From assembly GCA_965221165.1 (NCBI GenBank), contig CBDCRP010000002.1, forward strand, positions 1 through 64,000: a DNA stretch of 64,000 bases. Direction: 5' to 3'. The position numbers and the translations under genes are program-made. This DNA comes from a bacterium (lineage in GTDB: Bacteria > UBA8248). Position 1 is the first letter of the stretch. Every line of letters starts with the position of its first letter. Below the pieces are notes generated by a model. That model was given only the letters and a program-made list of their open reading frames with translations. It had not been told where the DNA came from and searched no databases. Below are positions 26,032 to 34,243 of the stretch, piece by piece.

Positions 26032-26792
26032 TTTTCTTCTCCTTCGACTGCTTTTCGGGCATGGACCCGAACAGAAACCACGGGACGAAAAGGAGTGTGG
26101 TCTGAAATTTTCACTTCATGAAAACCAGCGGCCATCAGCAGAGACTCCCATTCTCCTTGTTCGCAAACGCCACCGAGCGAGGCGTTCCATGCCTGGGGGT
26201 CCTGGGTGATCTCATCGGGCAATTCGCCTTCGCGTATCAACTCGCGGGCCACGAGACGGCCACCCGGCTTCAATATCCGGTGCGCTTCTTCCAGCGCTTT
26301 TTCCTTGTTCACGGTGAGATTGAACGAGGCGTTGGCCAGGACGATATCGGCGACTCCATCCGCGAGGGGGATATTCTCCATGTCGCCCGCCAACAAATGG
26401 GGACGTGCGCCTTCATGGACGTCCGCAAACGCCTCACGCGCGCGGCGAAGCATTTGAGGCGCGAAATCCATTGCAACCATCCTTGCGCCCTCCCCCAGTC
26501 GCTCACTCGCGAGACGCGCATCGAGACCCGCGCCGCATCCGAGTTCGACGGCCATCCGTACACCCGTCCAATCGACTCCATCCAGCAGATACCCGCAACC
26601 ACAGTAAGAGGACGAAACGCGCTCGGGAAGGCCTGCGATGAAGCCAGGAGGATAGCCCGCCCCTCGCGCCCTGTCCGCACCCCCTTCGGGAAACGCATCC
26701 GCCTCCGCCAGATGGGAATAGCGTTTTCTGACGAAGGATTTTACCTGCTCCTCCCACGCCCGAGGCTTATCGCCATGCACATAGACGGGCAT
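26028..26792 (-). CDS. SAM-dependent methyltransferase, arsenite methyltransferase (ArsM)-like
   Basis: SYCGCG, ELGCGAGLD, GDMENIPL and RILKPGGRL motifs; start set at ATG 26792. Confidence 0.8.
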   Translation of the reverse strand: MPVYVHGDKPRAWEEQVKSFVRKRYSHLAEADAFPEGGADRARGAGYPPGFIAGLPERVSSSYCGCGYLLDGVDWTGVRMAVELGCGAGLDARLASERLGEGARMVAMDFAPQMLRRAREAFADVHEGARPHLLAGDMENIPLADGVADIVLANASFNLTVNKEKALEEAHRILKPGGRLVARELIREGELPDEITQDPQAWNASLGGVCEQGEWESLLMAAGFHEVKISDHTPFRPVVSVRVHARKAVEGEEN

Positions 26793-26799
26793 GGCGCGA

Positions 26800-26967
26800 T
26801 TAGTGGGGCATGTGGGCCGGGTTCCAGAATTCTCCGGTCCGCACCATCTTGGCAATTCGCCCGCCGTGAGGGAGCCAGCCGTTCTCGTTTTCCTTCGCCA
26901 CGGCCTCCTGCGCGGCATCCAGAGGCGCAAGCTGGGCATGGATGTCGGAATACAGAACAATCTTCAC
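26800..26967 (-). pseudogene. internally deleted metallophosphoesterase remnant (55 aa)
   Basis: GTG start after a GGGAG RBS: MKIVLYSDIHAQLAPLDAAQEAVAKENENGWLPHGGRIAKMVRTGEFWNPAHMPH*; only calcineurin-like motif I (DxH) is present. Confidence 0.6.
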
Positions 26968-26990
26968 ATTACTACTCCCTTCTCGGCATA

Positions 26991-27031
26991 AAACAAGCAG
27001 GGCCGCCGCACCCTAAGAGCGCGACGGCCCC
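26991..27031 (-). terminator. intrinsic terminator after the ABC substrate-binding gene
   Basis: On the minus strand: GGGGCCGTCGCGCTC-TTAG-GGTGCGGCGGCCCT hairpin followed by GCTTGTTTT. Confidence 0.7.
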
Positions 27032-27054
27032 ATGTTCCTGCGCGTTGAGATGTT

Positions 27055-28068
27055 CTAAATCTTGCCGGCCTTGGCGAGCGCCGCCTTCGTCACGCTGGTG
27101 TCGACGATGTCTTCATACGCCGGCACCTTGCCCTTGATTTTTCCGAGGCGCTTCATGTAGTCCGCCGTGAAGGAAACCGAGGCCTTGGGGATGCCGTTGT
27201 TCACGCCCCAGATTTTCTCCGCTACGAAGATGTCATACGTTTTCGACATGATTTCGGGGTTTTTCCTATAGACGGGGCGCACCCATTTGTTCGCCGATTT
27301 AAGATAGCCCGCCTTGTTCTTGTAGATGGAGCGGTTGGACTGCATCATCGCCATGGCGAAGCGCACGTAGGCGTCTTTGTTCGCGTTGATCTTGGAAGAT
27401 GGCGCGATGAACGCTCCGTAGAAGAAGTTCGGCATGGCTTTCCACAAGTCCATCAGCTTGTTGAAGCTGGGCTTTCTCTTCTTGACGACGAGAACCTGCT
27501 CGACGTGAATGACCACGGCGTCGGCTTTCCCCTTCAAGAGAAACGGAACACGCGCTGGCGGCGGGGTCTTGATGTATTTCACGTCCTTGTCGGCCAGGCC
27601 TGCGGTCGACAACACGGCGAGTGCGCCCAGGTGGCTGTATCCGCCGCGCCCCTCGATGCCGATGGTGCGGCCTTTGAGGTCGGACGGCTTCTTGACCTGG
27701 TCGTTCCCGGCCATTTGCGCTTCGTTCAGGTAGGCCATGGAGTGGAAGAACTTCATGCCGCTGCCCTTGGTGATGCCCACCATCGCAATCGGGGCCGGCA
27801 CCCATGCGGCGTCGAGGCCGCTTTTCTTGCTCGTTATCGCCCGGTGCGTGGCGACGCCGCCCCGGAAGAATTTGATTTCAACATCGAGGCCGTGTTTTTT
27901 GAAAATATCGTTGTCGAGCGCATAAAAGACCGGCAGGTGCACCATCACCGGCGGCCGCACGGGCATACCGAGCACTATCTTGTCGGCGGCCGCGGACTGC
28001 GCCGGCGCGCTCCACATCGTTCCGGCGAGAACAAACGCCGCGACCAACACCATCCACATCTTTTTCAT
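27055..28068 (-). CDS. NitT/TauT family ABC transporter substrate-binding protein
   Basis: Signal peptide MKKMWMVLVAAF...AQSA; IFKKHGLDVE and DLKGRTIG motifs. Confidence 0.88.
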   Translation of the reverse strand: MKKMWMVLVAAFVLAGTMWSAPAQSAAADKIVLGMPVRPPVMVHLPVFYALDNDIFKKHGLDVEIKFFRGGVATHRAITSKKSGLDAAWVPAPIAMVGITKGSGMKFFHSMAYLNEAQMAGNDQVKKPSDLKGRTIGIEGRGGYSHLGALAVLSTAGLADKDVKYIKTPPPARVPFLLKGKADAVVIHVEQVLVVKKRKPSFNKLMDLWKAMPNFFYGAFIAPSSKINANKDAYVRFAMAMMQSNRSIYKNKAGYLKSANKWVRPVYRKNPEIMSKTYDIFVAEKIWGVNNGIPKASVSFTADYMKRLGKIKGKVPAYEDIVDTSVTKAALAKAGKI

Positions 28069-28123
28069 TTCAAACTCCTTAGTAAAGATAGAAAATTCAT
28101 GTCTCGACAAGACGCCCACTCAA

Positions 28124-28948
28124 TCAGGACTCTTGCCGAACCCTCCAGGATGAAAACTTCGTCTCGCAGATGCTCACCACTTTCGTTAAAGCTATACCGA
28201 CTATCATCAACAAGACAACAGGCGCCAGGCCCTTGTCCAGTTCCAGGTCCCCGATGTAGTCCTGGCTCAGCGCGCCGAGTCCCGAAATGCTCATCAGGAA
28301 CTCCGCGACGACCATGCCCACCAGGGCGCGTCCGCACGCGAGACCCAGACCCGCGACGAGATAAGGGACCACGCTCGGGAAAATCAGGTCTCGCCACCTC
28401 TGGCTCTCCGTGGAGCAGAAAGAGCGCGTCACCTCGAGGAGCGAAACGTCCACGTTCCGCACGCCGTGATAGACGTTCACGATGACCGGCATGATGGCGA
28501 AAAAGACGACGATGGTCGTCTTGCCGACGAAATCCACGCCCAGTACCATGGCTATCGGAAACGCGAGTGCGACCACGGGCGTGGCGTAGAGCGCGAACAC
28601 GTAAGTGTCCACGGCGTACTCGAAAATCTGGAAGCGTCCCATGAGAACCCCCAGCACGATTCCCAGGGGGATCGCGATGAGCAGACCCGCCACCAGGATT
28701 TGCGAACTCTCGTATGCGGCGGCCGTCATCTTCCCGCTTTCAATCAGTTCCCAGAACGCGACGGATATGGCGCTCGGGTAGCTGAAGGTGACCGGATCGA
28801 TGTTGCCGGTCAGCCCCATCAACTCCCACCCGCCGATGACGACCACCAGCGATATCAAGCGCACGTATACGGCGGGTTCCTTGATGCGCTCCCAGGTTGC
28901 TTTTTCTGCCGTCGATACGCCTGTTGCCGCAGGGGCGTCGGTAGCCAA
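28124..28948 (-). CDS. NitT/TauT family ABC transporter permease
   Basis: GVRNVD..LLEVTRSF EAA-like loop; VVAEF...GLG motif. Confidence 0.92.
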   Translation of the reverse strand: MATDAPAATGVSTAEKATWERIKEPAVYVRLISLVVVIGGWELMGLTGNIDPVTFSYPSAISVAFWELIESGKMTAAAYESSQILVAGLLIAIPLGIVLGVLMGRFQIFEYAVDTYVFALYATPVVALAFPIAMVLGVDFVGKTTIVVFFAIMPVIVNVYHGVRNVDVSLLEVTRSFCSTESQRWRDLIFPSVVPYLVAGLGLACGRALVGMVVAEFLMSISGLGALSQDYIGDLELDKGLAPVVLLMIVGIALTKVVSICETKFSSWRVRQES

Positions 28949-28962
28949 AGGACTGATGCCTC

Positions 28963-29772
28963 CTATTCAGCGACAAGTTCGGGAATGGGTTCCGGCTCCT
29001 CCTCCGGGTTGCGCATGGCTTCCCACAAATAATGGCGCAGCGCCTGAAAGCGCTTGCCGCCCCGGAGTTCTTCCATATTCCTGCCGCGGCCGAAGCCGGT
29101 TTCGAACTGAAAGCGTATTCTCCCCGGTCTGGGCGTCATCACCAGAACGCGGTCCCCGAGCAGAAGCGCCTCATCTATGCTGTGGGTGATGAATATCATC
29201 GCCTTGGGTTCCACCTCGTTGATGCGCAGCAATTCTTCCTGCAAGGTTTCGCGAGTAAGCGCATCGAGCGCGCCGAAAGGCTCATCCATCAGCAAAACGT
29301 CGGGCTGTGCGGCGAGCGCCCTCGCCAGGCCCGCTCTTTGCTGCATACCCCCCGATAATTGCGAGGGGTAGTTTCCCTCAAAACCGCCCAGACCCACCAA
29401 CTCCGTGTAGTGGCTCACGAGGCTGTCGATTTCGCCCTTCTCCTTGCCCTGTATCCGCAGCGCGTAGCCGATGTTCTGATCCAGACGCTTCCAGGGGAAA
29501 AGCCCAAAGTTCTGAAAAACCATGGCCATCTCCGGCCTCGGACCGGTGACCACCTCTCCCTTGAAGGAAACCTCTCCCCTCTCGCAGAGAATGAGTCCGT
29601 TCACGATCCGCAGAAGCGTCGTCTTCCCGCACCCGCTGGGACCCAGAATCGTCAGGATTTCCTGTGTCTTGACGTCGATGTCGATTTCATCGAGCACGTG
29701 GAGGGAGCCGAACCATTTACCGACGCCCTGAAGGCGCAGCGTTGGATTCGTGCCGTTATCGGATGAGGACAT
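28963..29772 (-). CDS. NitT/TauT family ABC transporter ATP-binding protein
   Basis: GPSGCGKT, LSGGMQQR, LLMDEPFGALD and THSIDEA motifs. Confidence 0.95.
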   Translation of the reverse strand: MSSSDNGTNPTLRLQGVGKWFGSLHVLDEIDIDVKTQEILTILGPSGCGKTTLLRIVNGLILCERGEVSFKGEVVTGPRPEMAMVFQNFGLFPWKRLDQNIGYALRIQGKEKGEIDSLVSHYTELVGLGGFEGNYPSQLSGGMQQRAGLARALAAQPDVLLMDEPFGALDALTRETLQEELLRINEVEPKAMIFITHSIDEALLLGDRVLVMTPRPGRIRFQFETGFGRGRNMEELRGGKRFQALRHYLWEAMRNPEEEPEPIPELVAE

Positions 29773-29983
29773 GAATACGGGGATTCCTATCGAAAAAAAG
29801 CGGCTTTATATTTTTCGTTCGGATGCAGTGATGATTCGCCGTACCGATGCGGGACACAAGCCGGACGTATCATAAAAAAAGGCGGCGCTCGCACCCCATC
29901 CAGAGCCGATAAAATAGTTGTGGGAGATTAGCATCCTTTACCGAAGGCGGCAAATATGGGGTTCCCCTCCCGCTGCACCTTCC

Positions 29984-30376
29984 CTATTCCTCGCCCACGA
30001 CGGCAATGGCCTGTATTTCGACCATCATTTCCGGTTTGGCGAAACCCGCCACCGTGATCAAGGCGCTGCCGGGATATCCATCCGGGAAATACTGCTTTCT
30101 AAGCTCGACGAACCGATCCCCGTGCCGCACGTCGAGAGTGAACACCGTCATCGTCACGATATCCTGAAGTTTCCCGCCCGCCCGCTTCAGGGTGCGCTCC
30201 ATCTGGCGAAACGTGGCATGCACTTGCGCGTCGAAATCTTCCGCCAGCACGTTCCCCTCATCATCGCGCCAAACCCCTACGCCGGCCAGCCATATCTGCT
30301 CGCCTCCTCTCGTCTTCACCGCAGGTGAAAACGAGCGATCCTCCTGCCAGGTGCCCTTGAAATACTCTCGCGTCAT
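29984..30376 (-). CDS. RidA/YjgF/UK114 family protein
   Basis: FSPAVK, AGGKLQDIV, YPGSALI and VEIQAIA motifs. Confidence 0.88.
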   Translation of the reverse strand: MTREYFKGTWQEDRSFSPAVKTRGGEQIWLAGVGVWRDDEGNVLAEDFDAQVHATFRQMERTLKRAGGKLQDIVTMTVFTLDVRHGDRFVELRKQYFPDGYPGSALITVAGFAKPEMMVEIQAIAVVGEE

Positions 30377-30394
30377 TTCAACTCCTTCTCCGGG

Positions 30395-31603
30395 TTATCG
30401 TGTTTCTGTTTTTTTGCCTCTCAACTGCGCCGATGTCGAAACGGCCAGCCAACTCATGATCGCAAAACAAAAATAGCTCGCATCCAGATTCACCTGCCCG
30501 GCGAGCCACCCGCCCAACAAAGGGGCGAGAAAACTCAAGCCGTGGCAAGTGTAAATGAAACCGACGGATGAAGTCAGAATGGCTCTCTCCGAAAAATCAG
30601 CCGCCGCGGTGAGGATAATCGGGCTCACGAACCCGACGACGCCCGTCAATGCGGATAGAATATAAAAACCCGTTTCCCACTGCATGAACGGCAGGGCGAA
30701 AACGAAGACTCCCAGCAACGTCATGGGCCAGAAGAGGGCGGCCCGCGCCCCCCAGCGGTTATACAAGATCCCCATCAATGGTTTGGCCAACATGCCGAAC
30801 CCGAAATGAAGCGATACGGCCACGCCGATTTGCGCCGTGTTCATCCCCAGCTTCGAGGTCGCCAGCAGGGGCAGAAAACCAATCATTCCCTTGGTGCACA
30901 TGCTCCGGAAGGTGTAGGTCGCCGCCAGCCACACCGTATTTCTGTTCTCGACGACCCGCTTGATGATGGAGAAGACTTTCAGGTCCGCCGTTTTTCCCGC
31001 TTCGCGGATGGAGGTATTTTTCCCTTCGCTGAACCGGGCGTTCACCAGAGGGAGGAGCGCAATGGCGGGAGCCGCGCAAGCGCCGATGGCCGCGCGCCAT
31101 CCGGCTACCGCCGCCAGCGCCGCCTGGGCCAGCGGGAGGATGCTGGTTCCGAGGTTGCCGCCCAGGCTGTGCCAAGAAATGGCGAATGCGCGGTCACGCT
31201 CGAAGCGATTCGCCGCCAGCGCCGTTCCGCACGGGTGGTAGACGGAATTTCCCGCGCCCGCCAGAAACGCCAGGGCGCACATCGGCAAGAACCGGCTCAC
31301 CCACATCATGGCGATGAAAGACGCAGCGGAAACGCCCATACCCAACAGGAGGATTCGTTTTCTGGCGCCCGTATAATCCGCCAGTATGGAAAGGGGGTAT
31401 TGGAAGATCATCTGCCCGAGACTGAAAGTGCTGAGCAGGACTCCCACTTCGAAGGGCGAGAGTTCGAGATCCATGACGATGAGCGCGAGAACGGGAACCA
31501 GCATGTTGCTGAACCCATCGCTCAGCCCGTGGGTCAAGCCGATGACGCTTAGATCAAAATAATCGCCGAATCTCCAAGCCGGTTTTTGGGCATCAGAGGT
31601 CAT
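30395..31603 (-). CDS. MFS transporter (Fsr-like)
   Basis: About 12 TM segments; GNSVYHP motif; its ATG overlaps the upstream TAA (TAATG). Confidence 0.88.
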   Translation of the reverse strand: MTSDAQKPAWRFGDYFDLSVIGLTHGLSDGFSNMLVPVLALIVMDLELSPFEVGVLLSTFSLGQMIFQYPLSILADYTGARKRILLLGMGVSAASFIAMMWVSRFLPMCALAFLAGAGNSVYHPCGTALAANRFERDRAFAISWHSLGGNLGTSILPLAQAALAAVAGWRAAIGACAAPAIALLPLVNARFSEGKNTSIREAGKTADLKVFSIIKRVVENRNTVWLAATYTFRSMCTKGMIGFLPLLATSKLGMNTAQIGVAVSLHFGFGMLAKPLMGILYNRWGARAALFWPMTLLGVFVFALPFMQWETGFYILSALTGVVGFVSPIILTAAADFSERAILTSSVGFIYTCHGLSFLAPLLGGWLAGQVNLDASYFCFAIMSWLAVSTSAQLRGKKTETR

Positions 31604-32595
31604 TACGATGCGGGAAGATCGCGCCAGGCGGGGAGGATGCCTCCGCCGTCGGCCTCCATCACCGCGCGGCATATCGCATGGCCGACGGCCGTCATGGCGG
31701 CAACACCTACGACGTCGAGAGCCACCTCTCGCTCCCCGCAAGACAAGGCGAACACCATGTCTCCATCCACCGTCGTATAGGAAGGGCGGACCGTGCGGAT
31801 GAGCCCGTTCGCGGCCAACTGGGCGAGTTTATGCGTTTCCGTTTTCGTCAGTCGGGCATCCGTCGCCACGGCCACCAGCGTCGTGTTTTCCGAGGCGCTG
31901 GAGAATCCCTCGAAGGGTCTTCCGTGGGTTCTGAGATATTCTTCCGTATTCACGATTCCTTGCTCAGGAGGCATCACCCTCGGCCCTGCGAGGGGATTTC
32001 CCGTCTCAGGGTCATAGATGCCGCCAAAGGCGTTCACCGCGGCAATCACGCCGACGACGCCACCCCCCGGCAACTCCATACTCGCCGTCCCGACGCCTCC
32101 TTTCATGGCGCGCTCTTGCCCGAAGAGTTTTCCGACCGTAGCGCCCGCGCCCGCGCCCACGCTGCCCTGGGGACCTTCGGCGTTCGATGCCGCCTCACAG
32201 GCGGCGCGCCCCATGGCGGCGTCCGGACGAACCCGGCCGTCACCGAAATGCAAATCGAACAAAACGCCGCCGGCGACCGTGGGTACGTTGAATCGTCCTG
32301 TGGGAAACCCCCTGCCCTTTTCTTCCAAAAAAGACATGACGCCATCGGCCGATGCGAGACCGAATGCGCTGCCTCCCGTCAGAAGAATGGCATCCACACC
32401 ACCTACGAGGTGTTCGGAGCGAAGGGCATCCATGCCGCGCGTGGCCGTCGCCGTGCCGCGCAACTCACACCCCCCGACGGTTCCGGGAGGGCAAAGCACC
32501 ACGGAGACGCCCGTTTTGGCCTCTTCATCGTGCGCGTGGCCCAGATAAAAACCCGGCACGTCGGTTATGCAACCTTTCAGGTCGGCAAGATTCAG
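31603..32595 (-). CDS. peptidase S58/P1 family (DmpA-like L-aminopeptidase/D-esterase)
   Basis: ITDVPG, LTGGSAFGL, GSVGAGAGA, ENTT and DGDMVF motifs; likely CTG start at 32595. Confidence 0.88.
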   Translation of the reverse strand: MNLADLKGCITDVPGFYLGHAHDEEAKTGVSVVLCPPGTVGGCELRGTATATRGMDALRSEHLVGGVDAILLTGGSAFGLASADGVMSFLEEKGRGFPTGRFNVPTVAGGVLFDLHFGDGRVRPDAAMGRAACEAASNAEGPQGSVGAGAGATVGKLFGQERAMKGGVGTASMELPGGGVVGVIAAVNAFGGIYDPETGNPLAGPRVMPPEQGIVNTEEYLRTHGRPFEGFSSASENTTLVAVATDARLTKTETHKLAQLAANGLIRTVRPSYTTVDGDMVFALSCGEREVALDVVGVAAMTAVGHAICRAVMEADGGGILPAWRDLPAS

Positions 32596-32638
32596 AAGAA
32601 AGACTCCTCGTTTCTCCGCGCGCTTATGGTCGCAGTTT

Positions 32639-33295
32639 TTAGTCCGCGACCGGCAACTCGCCGGGTGCGCGGCCAGGCAATTCACCGGTCTCAAGGATGC
32701 TGTCGATGACGTATCTGTATTGTTCGGCCAGCACCGCGCCGACCATAACCGCGCGATCGTTCACGACGACGGAGGGGATGCCCGTTATCCCCAGGTTCGT
32801 GGCTTCCATGTACTCTTTGACGGCCTTTTCCCTCAAACCCCCGTTTTCAATAGCGTCGCGGAACCTGTCCATGTCCAGGCCGCTTTCCTCCGCCACGTCA
32901 CTCACCACGTCGGGGTCCGAGATGTTTCTGTTTTCCGTGAAGAAAGCGGCCAGAAGATTGTCGTGGAATTTCTCCCATTCTTCAGGCCCCTGAAATCTCG
33001 CAGCCAGCCCGGCTTCCGCAGAAGGCATCGAGCAGTTCGGAAATTCCGCCTCGCTCTCCCACAAGGTGAAATCGCCGGAATCGGGCTGTGAGTTCGCGTT
33101 CGTCCAGTGGTTTCTGCGGTAATCGTTGAACACCGCCGTGGGGTCCGGCTCTGGCCTCAGCATGAAAACCCGGTACTGGATATCTACTTTATCACCATAT
33201 TCCTCTTTTACCTTCTTCAGGCGCACGGCCGAGTTAAAGCACCAGGGTCACAAAAAATCGCTGTATACCGTGAATCGTATAGGGGCGTTATCCAT
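32639..33295 (-). CDS. DsbA/FrnE-like thioredoxin-fold selenoprotein (UxxC)
   Basis: ATG at 33295 with a GAGGAG-type RBS: MDNAPIRFTVYSDFL-TGA-PWCFNSAVRL..., in frame with the ORF 32639-33226 that carries GITGIPS cis-Pro; TGA at 33248-33250 sits at the first Cys of CPWC. Confidence 0.88.
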
Positions 33296-33355
33296 TGTCT
33301 TCTCTCTCCTCTCGTTCCATCGCCATAGTCTCGAACCCAATGATTAACAAAAAAG

Positions 33356-34243
33356 CTATATCGTCATGTGCGCCATGTGCACCTTCACCTTCTCGCCGAT
33401 GCCCGCGCCCAGAAATTGCGCGGCGTTTCCTTCGGGCACGAATATCTCGAGCCGCGTCCAACTGTTGAACTGCGCCCCGAGATCGCCCGCCTTCACCGCC
33501 TGGTAGTATTCGCTCACTCCGTTGATCACCTGGCCGCCGATTTCTATTACCGGCAAGTGCGCGGAATCGTCCTCGCCGTATTCGAACCGCCAGAAAATCG
33601 TGGTGTCGATGTTCGTCACCAGGTTCCCGTAATGATCGACGTAGATGACCTCGCCGGTGATGGTGTCGGCATCCTCGAATTTCACCGCGGGAAAATCGAA
33701 GCGTACCGGGTCGGTGATGATGGAGCCGAATTCCTCGGGAGGAACCCCGTAGGAAAGGTGGCCCGCTACGGGCGCGAAAATATCTCTGCCGTGAAAGGTG
33801 GAACTCACTTCGTTCAGGAAAAAAGCATCTTCTTCGAGTTCTCTCGTCCACATGTAGAGCGGGTCGTCATACACGCATGAAAAAAGGCCGTTGTCCGGCC
33901 CCACGAAATAATAGTTTTCCGTAGCGGCGATCAGTCCCCTGCGGCTACTTCCCACGCCGGGGTCCACGACCGCCACATGAATCGCGCCGCGCGGAAAATA
34001 ATGCGCCGACGAGCCCAGAATCAGCGACGCGCCCCTGACGTCATAAGGCGCTACGGAGTGCGTGATGTCCACGATATGGGCCAGCGGGTTTACCGCGAGG
34101 ACGACGCCCTTCATCACCCCCGTATAGTGCTCATCGTTCCCGAAATCCGTGAGGAGGGTGATGATCGGCCGCGAGCCGCTTTCCTCTTCGAAATCAGGAG
34201 CACCCTCGTGAAAAGGATTCGGGCGCGATTGATCGTCCGTCAT
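33356..34243 (-). CDS. SAM hydrolase / SAM hydroxide adenosyltransferase (DUF62)
   Basis: LLTDFG, VVDPGVGSSR, GPDNG, STFHGRDIF and YVDHYGN motifs. Confidence 0.92.
   Translation of the reverse strand: MTDDQSRPNPFHEGAPDFEEESGSRPIITLLTDFGNDEHYTGVMKGVVLAVNPLAHIVDITHSVAPYDVRGASLILGSSAHYFPRGAIHVAVVDPGVGSSRRGLIAATENYYFVGPDNGLFSCVYDDPLYMWTRELEEDAFFLNEVSSTFHGRDIFAPVAGHLSYGVPPEEFGSIITDPVRFDFPAVKFEDADTITGEVIYVDHYGNLVTNIDTTIFWRFEYGEDDSAHLPVIEIGGQVINGVSEYYQAVKAGDLGAQFNSWTRLEIFVPEGNAAQFLGAGIGEKVKVHMAHMTI

Noticed and set aside
26793-26969. Selenocysteine N-terminal extension (ATG-TGA-AGA-TTG) in frame with the ArsM-like gene
   Set aside because: The extension is not protein-like, and the overlapping GTG frame gives a clear SDIH metallophosphoesterase motif with better RBS spacing.
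33356-34243. Fluorinase/chlorinase (halogenase)
   Set aside because: The TFHGRD motif and the Asp/Arg residues indicate the DUF62 hydrolase branch, and there is no biosynthetic cluster context.
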